64,000 nt of DNA, from assembly GCA_964466585.1 (NCBI GenBank), contig CAYXSH010000004.1:14463-78462 (forward strand). The letters are read 5' to 3'. Positions 10,017-17,714 of the stretch are shown here, piece by piece. The translations under genes were made by a program, and so were the position numbers. A model generated the notes under the pieces. It had not been told where the DNA came from and did not search any database. It saw nothing but the letters and a program-made list of their open reading frames with translations. The stretch's first letter is position 1. Each line of letters begins with the position of its first letter. The stretch comes from an uncultured Syntrophorhabdus sp. GTDB lineage: Bacteria > Desulfobacterota > Syntrophorhabdia > Syntrophorhabdales > Syntrophorhabdaceae.

Positions 10017-10742
10017 CTAATGGTCTATTTTCTCCTCGTCCGGACAGGCCGCGGCGTCCTTCTCCTGCGCAAAGGTGACCTTCGTTTTCCCATAGCCAAG
10101 CAAGGCCATGCGCTCGGCGCTGCCCTTCGGGAACAACCGCCCCACGGCGCAGCATGGTATGTTAACGTGCTGCCGTGCGGTCCTGAATGCATCGCAAAGG
10201 TTCTGAGGTGTCGGCGATCCCCTGATGGCGGAAATGACATCACCGGCAATATACCTGCCCACGACACGGATGAACCCTTCAACGCCTGCGGCGCCGTATG
10301 CGTGTACGTTTTCCCGCCTGTCATGGAGCATGTCCCGGGCCCTTACCGCCGAAACGATCATGAGCGATCCTGCCGCAATAACAAGGATGACCGCAATATA
10401 ACGGGCGGTAAAGGCGGTTTTCACCGATGCCTTCCGTACGGCGCCTCTCAAGGCGCAGGTATTGATGGTGCTGTAACCGTGTCCTTTTTTCACTTCCCTG
10501 TCCATGACCGATATTATCCTTGAGATCCGGCGGTTCTCCTTTTTAAGATCATCATCGAAAAGGCACGCGCCGAATACTCTCGACTGCAAGCTGAGGATGG
10601 GAAGCTCCAGCTTATGGATGACCATTGGGCTTTTTAAAGCAAGAAATGATAACAGGCCCAGCATGGCAATGCCCGCCACGCAAAATGCCGCATGATCCCC
10701 GATCCTGTTGTCCTGCCTCTCCACGGCAATCCCCCCCATCAA
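10017..10742 (-). CDS. Hypothetical membrane protein
   Basis: 241-aa ORF with two hydrophobic helices (AAFCVAGIAMLGLLSFLAL; YIAVILVIAAGSLMIVSAV). No recognised family. Confidence 0.4.
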   Translation of the reverse strand: MMGGIAVERQDNRIGDHAAFCVAGIAMLGLLSFLALKSPMVIHKLELPILSLQSRVFGACLFDDDLKKENRRISRIISVMDREVKKGHGYSTINTCALRGAVRKASVKTAFTARYIAVILVIAAGSLMIVSAVRARDMLHDRRENVHAYGAAGVEGFIRVVGRYIAGDVISAIRGSPTPQNLCDAFRTARQHVNIPCCAVGRLFPKGSAERMALLGYGKTKVTFAQEKDAAACPDEEKIDH

Positions 10743-10980
10743 TAAACGGGAACAACAAATATGTGATTGTAAATGCTGGTTTGCGAAATAACTGTAAAAA
10801 GAAAATTATTAATATACAGTTGAGGTCCATCTTGTCAAGTCCAAATTATCTTCCTTGCCGCCTGAGAGCCTCTTCCATGTTAAAGGCGCCCGGTCCCGCC
10901 GGATGCGAAGACATCCCGCGATCGAAAGGACAGGGTCCCCTGCTATTTCTCTATTTAGACAAACATAGAAAGGGGCGGCC

Positions 10981-11403
10981 ATGCCGAAAGACAACATGGA
11001 CCATAACGTGAATTTGCCGGCGTCTCCCCCGGGGCCCTGTATTGAAAACGGGCCGGATCACGGAGCGCCTCCTGTTTCTCCTGAAGCGTTTATCGCCAGG
11101 GGATCCGGGGTTTTTGAACTGGTCCTGCCCCGTACCCTGATCGATGAGGCAGCGGGAAAACTCATGGATATCACCGGAACGCCCGACTTTCACGACGCGA
11201 TGGAACTGGTCTGGTTCAAGGCCGATCCGGAAAATGACCCCGGCGTGCGGGAGATGGTCTCCATGCTGTTGACGCTTTACAGGTGCTCGCGCGATGGGAA
11301 CGTCAGGCCGCCCGTGGACCTCGAGGCCCTCTATGCAGAAAAATACCGGGGAATGGCGTCGGGGAACCGCCATTCTCCCGGCATGGGGGCACCCGGAGAA
11401 TAA
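10981..11403 (+). CDS. Hypothetical protein
   Basis: 140-aa ORF preceded by a GAAAGGGG RBS-like sequence. Heads a plus-strand gene string divergent from 10742. Confidence 0.4.
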   Translation: MPKDNMDHNVNLPASPPGPCIENGPDHGAPPVSPEAFIARGSGVFELVLPRTLIDEAAGKLMDITGTPDFHDAMELVWFKADPENDPGVREMVSMLLTLYRCSRDGNVRPPVDLEALYAEKYRGMASGNRHSPGMGAPGE

Positions 11404-11505
11404 GGCACGCGGGTACAAGCCGTTAGCCCCCCTCGGCAAAAGAGCTTCGCCGCCGAGGGACCGACGGGGGCATCACGCTGCTATTGTTTTTTTGGAGGGC
11501 AAACA

Positions 11506-12159
11506 TTGCAGATAAAAAAGATCTTCGCCATGCTGGCTGTTGTTGCCGTCTGCCTTGGATCTTCCCCGGAAGACGGGAACTGCCGGCGGCGCGAAGACGG
11601 GGCGGGCATTGAGCGATGCCCGTCAACGGGCATCGAGGCGATGAAGCGCGATAACCCGGGCAAGTTCAGGAATTTCATGCGTATCCTGCGGCACATACAA
11701 AAGGTCAATAAAAAGCAGGATGTACGGTTGTCATGCGCCGTGGCAAAGGCCCTGGCCGATCATATACACCGGGAAAGATACCGCTTCAGGTCGGAGGAGC
11801 ACCGGCTCAATTTCCTGTCTGTCCTGATGGGCATCATACGCGTTGAAAGCGCCTTCAACCCGGAGGCGGTCAGCCACAGGAACGCCCGCGGCCTTATGCA
11901 GGTGCACTGGCCCACATGGAAGCGATATTTCTCCTCCCCTGGCGAGGCGCACGACCTCGACAGGAACCTGTACGTGGGAACGGGGATCCTGCGGTTATAC
12001 ATGCGGCAGTCGGACAACGACCTGCGCCGGGCCCTTTATAAATACCTGGGCGCAAAGGATGACCACTACGCCGACATGGTCATGGAAGGCGCCGCGGCAT
12101 TCAAAAAAAGCGCGCTTACGGATCTGATCGAAGTAAAGAACGAGGAGGGATCGAGATGA
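11506..12159 (+). CDS. Lytic transglycosylase (SLT domain), secreted
   Basis: SLT catalytic block ESAFNPEAVSHRNARGLMQV and an N-terminal hydrophobic signal-like segment. Confidence 0.8.
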   Translation: MQIKKIFAMLAVVAVCLGSSPEDGNCRRREDGAGIERCPSTGIEAMKRDNPGKFRNFMRILRHIQKVNKKQDVRLSCAVAKALADHIHRERYRFRSEEHRLNFLSVLMGIIRVESAFNPEAVSHRNARGLMQVHWPTWKRYFSSPGEAHDLDRNLYVGTGILRLYMRQSDNDLRRALYKYLGAKDDHYADMVMEGAAAFKKSALTDLIEVKNEEGSR

Positions 12160-12788
12160 GATGTATGAAGAATTCACTGTTAATGGCCGTTGCCGGGGGC
12201 ATCCTGTTCATTTGTTCAGGGAACGCATATGCCGCCGACTCCACCGGGCTGACAGGCGTAAAAGACCTCAAGGAAATGACGGCTGATACCAACTCGGGGA
12301 AGATCGAGTATGTTCAGCCGGGAACATACGCGTTCACTGTCCCCGACGGGATCGGCAGGGTCTGGATAACCCTCTCTGCCGGCGGCGCGGGGGGCGGCGG
12401 CAACTGCCTGTGTTCGAACTGCACCTGTGAAACAGGAAGCGTGGTCGACCATGGCACGGCCGGCGGTGTCGGCGGATACGTGAACCGCCAGCGCGTCAAC
12501 GTTACACCGGGGTCCAGGGTGACCGTGACCGTAGGTGCGGGTGGGGCCGGGGGGCAAACGAACTACTACTGTTACCAGTGGTGCCAACCCGGCCAGGGTG
12601 GAAATACATGCTTCGGCAGCATCTGCGCCACGGGGGGACGCGGCGGCTGGGCAAGCGCCTCAAACAGTAAAGACACGAGTTGCGGCCGTCCATGGAAGGA
12701 AGACGGGGGGCCTGTCCCAGCGGGCGGCGCGGGGGGCAGTGCGCCGGGCGGCGCGGGCGGCAACGGGTGGGCACGTGTTGAGTGGTAA
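12156..12788 (+). CDS. Secreted glycine-rich-domain protein with Cys-rich inserts
   Basis: ATGA overlap with the SLT gene; signal peptide (AGGILFICSGNAYA). PGTYAFTVPDGIGRVWITLSAGGAGGGG ... VTVGAGGAGG pattern as in glycine-rich-domain (phage-fibre-like) proteins. Confidence 0.6.
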   Translation: MRCMKNSLLMAVAGGILFICSGNAYAADSTGLTGVKDLKEMTADTNSGKIEYVQPGTYAFTVPDGIGRVWITLSAGGAGGGGNCLCSNCTCETGSVVDHGTAGGVGGYVNRQRVNVTPGSRVTVTVGAGGAGGQTNYYCYQWCQPGQGGNTCFGSICATGGRGGWASASNSKDTSCGRPWKEDGGPVPAGGAGGSAPGGAGGNGWARVEW

Positions 12789-12819
12789 GGCCGGATATGT
12801 GAAATTGTCAGCAAATAAA

Positions 12820-13230
12820 ATGTTTCGGCCTATCCTTTTCCTCCTGGTCTTTGCCTGTACCTTCACGACGGCTTCGCGCGTTCTTGCAGAGGCCGTTTAC
12901 ATCGTATCGCCCCCTGCCGGGTCCGGCAGGGCCGCCCTCATGTACAAGAGCATCATGTACTGCAACGATATTATCAAAAAGCCTGCGTGCGATGCCCCGA
13001 TGACCCCCAGGATATTCGTGACGCCGGTGCGCATGCTCGGCGGCACCGACGGCATCGAAAGCCCTCTCGTCCCCATCGCGGGCGTAAGCGCCTACGCCGT
13101 CGACAACGGTGACGGGACATGGACGGTCAAGGGGCAGGTAAAGACAGCCGGCGACGCCACGATAGAAGACCGCAAGGGGGTCGCCATGATCGTCGAAACA
13201 TACTGCTGCGCAAATGACCTTTGCGACTGA
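12820..13230 (+). CDS. Small secreted protein
   Basis: The ORF-track start 12535 lies inside the upstream gene. The ATG at 12820 gives a signal peptide MFRPILFLLVFACTFTTASRVLAEA. Confidence 0.5.
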   Translation: MFRPILFLLVFACTFTTASRVLAEAVYIVSPPAGSGRAALMYKSIMYCNDIIKKPACDAPMTPRIFVTPVRMLGGTDGIESPLVPIAGVSAYAVDNGDGTWTVKGQVKTAGDATIEDRKGVAMIVETYCCANDLCD

Positions 13231-13334
13231 TATCCCGGGCCGGAACAACGCAACAGTTGCCTTTTCCCCGGCCCGGGAGTAGGATGTCCGAAAGGGCACC
13301 GGGCTTGCCGGGCAGGCAAAGGGAGGCAAACGTC

Positions 13335-13679
13335 ATGAACAAAAGATCGTATGTATATCTACTGGTATCTTTCCTGGCACCGCTCCTTTTTTACGGATGC
13401 GGCATCCAGGTGCCGGCGGACAAGGCGCAATATGTCGGCGAATGGCAGTCGCCCGGGATGTACCTGCTCATCACGCAGGACGGTTCCGTGAAATACAAAC
13501 GTATTCATGGCGGCGTGACAAGGTCAGTCACGGGGCCGCTCCGCGAATTCAGGGGAAATGATTTTACCGTCGGGCTCCCGCTGATCTCCACGACATTCGT
13601 CGTCTCCAGGCCGCCCTACGAAGACAACGGTCAATGGAAGATGGTCGTGGACGGCGTGACGCTGACCCGGAACTGGTAA
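13335..13679 (+). CDS. Putative lipoprotein
   Basis: ATG at 13335 is preceded by GGGAGG. Signal peptide plus Cys (LAPLLFYGCG), lipobox-like. Confidence 0.55.
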   Translation: MNKRSYVYLLVSFLAPLLFYGCGIQVPADKAQYVGEWQSPGMYLLITQDGSVKYKRIHGGVTRSVTGPLREFRGNDFTVGLPLISTTFVVSRPPYEDNGQWKMVVDGVTLTRNW

Positions 13680-13689
13680 AAAAAAGCAT

Positions 13690-13724
13690 GGGGACACCCT
13701 GTAATCCTTCCCAGGGGTGTCCCC
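13690..13724 (+). terminator. 10-bp stem hairpin (ggggacaccc / gggtgtcccc); first arm plus loop belongs to the GGGACAYCCTGTAGTCCTCC motif family
   Basis: Read directly 11 nt after the 13679 stop. There is no T-tract after it, so terminator function is uncertain. Confidence 0.4.
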
Positions 13725-13833
13725 ATGTTTCACCAGAGGATCTCTTATTGAGACTCTCCTCTAGCCAGGAAGTTTTTCATCCAGCGTGAGGATGAGCGAA
13801 GGCACATTTGGCGATAAAGAGGCTTCATTATTA

Positions 13834-13882
13834 TATCATATGATAAAAATATACTTGCTAATATATCATAACGTGATATAAT
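13834..13882 (+). promoter_or_regulatory. Sigma-70-like promoter with two TATCA/TGATA palindromic operators
   Basis: TTGCTA (13855-13860), 16-nt spacer, TATAAT (13877-13882). Perfect 12-bp palindrome tatcatatgata (13834-13845). Palindrome tatatca-N5-tgatata (13862-13880) overlaps the spacer and -10. Confidence 0.5.
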
Positions 13883-13917
13883 TGGTTCATGGCAAGGATC
13901 CTTTTGAGGAGCAAACA

Positions 13918-14127
13918 GTGCCTGAAGAAACGCAGGAGGCGGTCAGGAAATTCCTGAGGGCATTTAAGAAGATTGCAAAGGAGCACGGCATTTACTTTGT
14001 ACCGCGTGAGGGTTTCATCGAAACCTTGGGGTGGCTGGGTTATACGAAAGCCAATTGCTGCGAAGAGATCCTGGGTCTCACCGTTCCACCCGTCAAAGCA
14101 TCCCCTGCGTTTCCCTTTCAGAGATGA
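13918..14127 (+). CDS. Small protein, candidate toxin partner (MqsR-N-terminal-like, possibly truncated)
   Basis: The ORF-track TTG start (13882) overlaps the -10 box; GTG at 13918 follows GAGGAG. ETLGWLGYTKANCCEEILGLTV resembles the MqsR-family N-terminal region, but the catalytic C-terminal half is absent. Confidence 0.35.
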   Translation: MPEETQEAVRKFLRAFKKIAKEHGIYFVPREGFIETLGWLGYTKANCCEEILGLTVPPVKASPAFPFQR

Positions 14128-14145
14128 AAAGGAAGGAGAGAAGAA

Positions 14146-15144
14146 ATGAAAACCATATGCCCATACTGCGAAGATGTTAAAGACGTGGAGGAGGTCAGCA
14201 CCACCGAGGATATCAAGGTAAAGGGCGAGCTTATTAAGGTTCCTGTCATCTATTACAGGTGTTCAACCTGCGGCAAAACCTTCGACGACCCGAAAACCGG
14301 CGAAGATCCCCTGGAAAAGGCCTATATGGAATATCGCTCACGGCACGGGATGCTCCAGCCTTCGGAGTTTAAGGAGTTTAGAAAGAGACATGACCTGACA
14401 CAGAGCGAACTTAACGCACTGCTCGGTTGGGGCAAGGTGACCCTTAATCGGTACGAGAACGGGGCATTGCAGGACGAGGCCCACGACAAGGAAGCTCGGC
14501 TTGCGATGGACCCGCGGAATCTGATTAACCTGATAAAGGGAACTCCGTCTGCGCTCAATGACAGGAAAAGGGCAAGGCTCCTTGAGAACCTCAGGAGGGA
14601 GGAGGAAGAAACCTTTTCCTTGGAGAGGATCTTCGAGGAGCGTTTCGGGAAATACGAGGCGAGCGAACTGAGCGGTTACAGGCATCTCAACGTGTCGAGG
14701 GTGCTGAAAGCGATACTTTTTTTCTGCAAAGGGGGTGATTTCAAGACAAAGGTGAACAAGCTTCTCTTCTATGCCGATTTCAGCCATTTCAAGAAAAACA
14801 CCGCATCAATAACTGGGGCATGCTATGCGCACGCCACACATGGTCCCGTTCCCGACAACTATGAACTCTACTTTGCGCACCTCATCGGAAACGGTTCACT
14901 GAAAGTCGAAGAGGTGTCTTGCGGAACTGACCATATAGCCGAGAAACTCATAACTGTCAACATGCCTGATCTCTTTTCGTTGTTTTCCGAAAGTGAGGTC
15001 AAAACGCTGATCTCCGTTAAGGAATTCTTTCAGGATTACACCGCAACGGCGATAAGGGACTTCTCGCACAAGGAAAAGGGATACCGGGAAACCGCGGACG
15101 GCCAGTGTATCTCGTATGAGTATGCTGATACTTTGCAGATCTAA
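14146..15144 (+). CDS. Zinc-ribbon (YgiT/MqsA-type) - XRE HTH - Panacea (DUF4065/SocA-like) antitoxin-like protein
   Basis: CPYCED...YYRCSTCGKTF zinc ribbon. HTH segment FRKRHDLTQSELNALLGWGKVTLNRYENG. C-terminal KVNKLLFYADFSHFKKNTASITGACYAHATHGPVPDNY fits the DUF4065 pattern. Confidence 0.7.
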   Translation: MKTICPYCEDVKDVEEVSTTEDIKVKGELIKVPVIYYRCSTCGKTFDDPKTGEDPLEKAYMEYRSRHGMLQPSEFKEFRKRHDLTQSELNALLGWGKVTLNRYENGALQDEAHDKEARLAMDPRNLINLIKGTPSALNDRKRARLLENLRREEEETFSLERIFEERFGKYEASELSGYRHLNVSRVLKAILFFCKGGDFKTKVNKLLFYADFSHFKKNTASITGACYAHATHGPVPDNYELYFAHLIGNGSLKVEEVSCGTDHIAEKLITVNMPDLFSLFSESEVKTLISVKEFFQDYTATAIRDFSHKEKGYRETADGQCISYEYADTLQI

Positions 15145-15145
15145 A

Positions 15146-15203
15146 GACATCCTGTAGTCCTCCTGTAATCGAAGTACCCGCCGGGACATCCTGTAGTCCT
15201 CCC
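15146..15203 (+). repeat. Two copies of the motif GGGACATCCTGTAGTCCTCC
   Basis: gacatcctgtagtcctcc at 15146-15163 and gggacatcctgtagtcctccc at 15183-15203, in the convergent gap between the 15144 and 15224 stops. Confidence 0.8.
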
Positions 15204-15223
15204 TTTCAAGGGCATCCACTCCT

Positions 15224-15817
15224 TCAGTTTTTCAGGTATTGAATTTCTCGCTCCAGCCATTCTTTGTGGAGTTGCAGAATGCTGTCAAAATTGTTTTGTG
15301 TATAGTACTCTTTGGGTTTTATCGCATTACCTTTTCCTTGAAAAATGTGTGGTGAATCATCGGGGAAATCAAACATTGCCCAAGCATCCCCAATGTCTAA
15401 TAAACCTTGGACGTAGTCTGTTGATAGATTACTCAGAACGCTTAAAATATAAATCACTCGCCACTTCCTAAACTCCTTCTTTCGATCAACATTTTCTTCC
15501 TCAGATAATTTTCGGAGCAGTTGTTTTATTTCCTCTATATCGGATTTATTTGCACCTGCTAGCAGAACTATGTTTCTAGACGCTTCGATATTCTCTAATA
15601 ACTTCTGTGTTGCATATTCTATAATATCTTCCGGCCTTAACTGTGGTGTAAATTGCCTTTCTCCGTTTAGTCCAATTTCAAGCAGACACCACGTAATTTC
15701 AAGGCCTATTCTGTTAAATTCCTTGATTTCAATAATGGTTATAGGGTGTCTACTTCTTTCCAATCTTTGCTTGGCCTCTATTACCTTGGATTTCAGCTGC
15801 TCTTCCGTAAAGTACAC
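15224..15817 (-). CDS. Hypothetical protein, last cassette of the orphan array (putative immunity-type protein)
   Basis: 197-aa AT-rich ORF with a GTG start. The frame stays open upstream to the element end at 15880 (..SLSDFVSGRFTKYEEDLEEYPG). No recognised family; the call rests on context. Confidence 0.4.
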   Translation of the reverse strand: MYFTEEQLKSKVIEAKQRLERSRHPITIIEIKEFNRIGLEITWCLLEIGLNGERQFTPQLRPEDIIEYATQKLLENIEASRNIVLLAGANKSDIEEIKQLLRKLSEEENVDRKKEFRKWRVIYILSVLSNLSTDYVQGLLDIGDAWAMFDFPDDSPHIFQGKGNAIKPKEYYTQNNFDSILQLHKEWLEREIQYLKN

Positions 15818-15879
15818 TCCTGGGTATTCTTCAAGGTCTTCCTCATACTTAGTAAACCGTCCTGATACAAAATCAGAGA

Positions 15880-16201
15880 GGGAGGGACGTCCTTAAATAT
15901 TTCAGTATCATTCTAACCGGAAGTTCTTCTCCTCCGCTATCTTCCGTCCCCTGGCCACCGCATAGCTGATCGCAGAGGGGGTCATGCCCGTCAGCCTTGC
16001 AAGGCCCGTAACGGATGTCCCGAGTTCCTAGAAGGAATCGGTACGATAGCGGCATTTCTAAGGCATCTGCTTCTTTCCCTATACCGCGGATCATTACGTG
16101 GTTGAGAACACCGGCTGCATCTATGCGGGGCTGGCGGGGCATGGGATCAGGGATTATGACAGGGAGTGCCAATTGAAATGTTTAAGGACGTCCCTATCCT
16201 A
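15880..16201 (-). mobile_element. MITE-like internally deleted derivative (copy A, 322 bp) of the 1080-bp Y1-transposase element
   Basis: Shares both ends with 18499..19578, including the 22-bp terminal inverted repeat AGGGACGTCCTTAAATATTTCA, and lacks ~760 bp of the interior. The 99-aa ORF 15873..16172 is a chimeric remnant. Confidence 0.85.
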
Positions 16202-16337
16202 GGTCAGTTTCTCGACCGACTCGACACGCTTATCCTTGCCATCAAGATAGTCCTCGATGATATCCCTGAAAACTGCCAGCACCTTCTCTCTCTTGGTCTC
16301 CAATAGCACGTGCCTATTTCTTGTTTAGGAAGGGAGA

Positions 16338-16361
16338 GGGAGGGACATCCTGTAGTCCTCC
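16338..16361 (+). repeat. Motif copy GGGAGGGACATCCTGTAGTCCTCC (resembles the low-coordinate element end GGGAGGGACGTCC)
   Basis: Read directly in the 360-bp non-coding spacer between copy A and the 16562 stop. Confidence 0.75.
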
Positions 16362-16561
16362 TCCACTCCCCTAGCGTGTCTCCATATTCATTTGCGCTGT
16401 CTCAAGGTCCATTTCTGTTCATTCTCCTCGGGTCGAGTGTCTCTGTCAAACCGGGATCAATATACGTTAAGGCAAATGCTATTGCGGTTTCATATCGATC
16501 TTCATTCCCTAGCGAGGTTGCTGTTGAATCATCCCGCAAAACAATGCAGGAAATATCCAAT

Positions 16562-16816
16562 TCATTTACTTTTATTATATTTCCATATCTTCTTTGCTAC
16601 GTCAAAACATTCACTGTAATTCCTAGTAAATACGTCATCCCCGAATTGATGAGTGAATATCTTCTTGATGCCCTCGGCCAAGTGTTCTACGTTAGGTGAT
16701 CTGTCTACCAGTCTCGTTATCGAATCAATCTCGACTTCGTATTCATCCTTTGGAGCACCAGGAAACAAGCCTATTGGATCCCATTGATTAACGATTGCTT
16801 CAATTGTGTTCTTCAT
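16562..16816 (-). CDS. Putative orphan immunity protein (DUF1871/YugE-like WDP motif, from memory)
   Basis: 84 aa, starts 12 nt after the stop of orphan toxin ORF 16829..17338. IVNQWDPIGL... pattern. AT-rich. Confidence 0.5.
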   Translation of the reverse strand: MKNTIEAIVNQWDPIGLFPGAPKDEYEVEIDSITRLVDRSPNVEHLAEGIKKIFTHQFGDDVFTRNYSECFDVAKKIWKYNKSK

Positions 16817-16828
16817 AACGCTTCCACC

Positions 16829-17338
16829 CTACTTCCCGTAAAGTCTATTCACCATGTCCACCATATTATGGTCAAACGTTTTTTTGGTATAAGCAGTTAT
16901 TAATTTGCCGTTCTGACTTACAACTGCCACGCCATCCTTTGATACAAAAAGATATTGGCCTCCTGATTGTTGTAGTGCTTTACCGCTGGCAACCCAGGCG
17001 TTGACCATTTCCTGAGTTATACCCCTTTCAGCCATTTTTTCCAACCCATGGACTGAGTTCATATTCCAATTCACATTTATCAAGGGATTCTGTACCAGTG
17101 TACCTAATTTCCCGAACGAAGTGCCTATTTTGACTTCTGCACCGGACAATCCCTTCTTGAAAAGACCTTTTAACCATTCCAGGCCTTTGCCGAATGTTTT
17201 GCTGATGATCTTTGGACTTCCTGCTCCCCCTCCCACAGAACCTATTACTACGTCCCTGATGAGTCTGTCGATCTGCCTGTCACTTTCTGCGTAGACGAAC
17301 AGAGGCGCGCCATATTCATCCCTTTGTGCCAGGAGGAG
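16829..17338 (-). CDS. Orphan CdiA-CT toxin module (no upstream start; DUF4258/BrnT-like HG..KMAERGI motif)
   Basis: Open frame runs from the element junction. Its first 21 codons LLLAQRDEYGAPLFVYAESDR match CdiA LLLSQKDDFGSPLFVYAASDR (14/21). The C-terminal part has SVHGLEKMAERGITQEMV. The ORF track begins at an internal GTG (17236). Confidence 0.7.
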   Translation of the reverse strand, partial: LLLAQRDEYGAPLFVYAESDRQIDRLIRDVVIGSVGGGAGSPKIISKTFGKGLEWLKGLFKKGLSGAEVKIGTSFGKLGTLVQNPLINVNWNMNSVHGLEKMAERGITQEMVNAWVASGKALQQSGGQYLFVSKDGVAVVSQNGKLITAYTKKTFDHNMVDMVNRLYGK

Positions 17339-17659
17339 GGAGGGACGTCCTTAAATATTTCAGTATCATTCTAACCGGAAGTTCTTCTCCTCCGCTATCT
17401 TCCGTCCCCTGGCCACCGCATAGCTGATCGCAGAGGGGGTCATGCCCGTCAGCCTTGCAAGGTCAGTCACGGATATCCCGAGTTCCCGGAAGGAATCGGG
17501 ATGATAGCGGCATTTCTAAGGCATCTGCTGCTTTCCCTATACCGCGGATCATGACTTGGTTGAGAACACCGGCTGCATCTATGCGGGGCTGGAGTGGCAT
17601 GGGATCAGGATTTATGACAGGGAGTGCCAATTGGAATATTTAAGGACGTCCCTATCCTA
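17338..17659 (-). mobile_element. MITE-like deletion derivative (copy B, 322 bp)
   Basis: Same ends and architecture as copy A. Belongs to the B/F sequence subtype (..tcagtcacggatatcccgagttcccggaagg..). Confidence 0.85.
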
Positions 17660-17693
17660 ATAAATAATAAAGGTATTTATAATTATGTTGACA

Positions 17694-17714
17694 GGAGGAC
17701 TACAGGGTGTCCCC
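17694..17714 (-). repeat. Motif copy (minus orientation) GGGGACACCCTGTAGTCCTCC
   Basis: ggaggactacagggtgtcccc read directly. It supplies the last codons and stop (GDTL*) of ORF 17700..18335. Confidence 0.75.

Noticed and set aside
13882-13917. TTG start proposed by the ORF track for the small ORF upstream of the Panacea gene
   Set aside because: The TTG overlaps the predicted -10 hexamer, so it would not be on the transcript. GTG at 13918 with a GAGGAG RBS is more plausible, though still uncertain.
15873-16172. 99-aa ORF inside element copy A, and the similar N-terminus of the 172-aa ORF 19576..20094
   Set aside because: These are chimeric frames created by the internal deletion of the transposase gene: the first ~30 codons are fused out of frame to the 3' region. 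The 172-aa ORF merely reads through from copy D into a 67-aa cassette ORF.
16202-16309. 36-codon minus-strand ORF (VLLETKREKVLAVFRDIIEDYLDGKDKRVESVEKLT) in the spacer next to copy A
   Set aside because: Too short, GTG start without a convincing RBS, and no family resemblance. It could be a relic of an antitoxin-like gene but cannot be supported.
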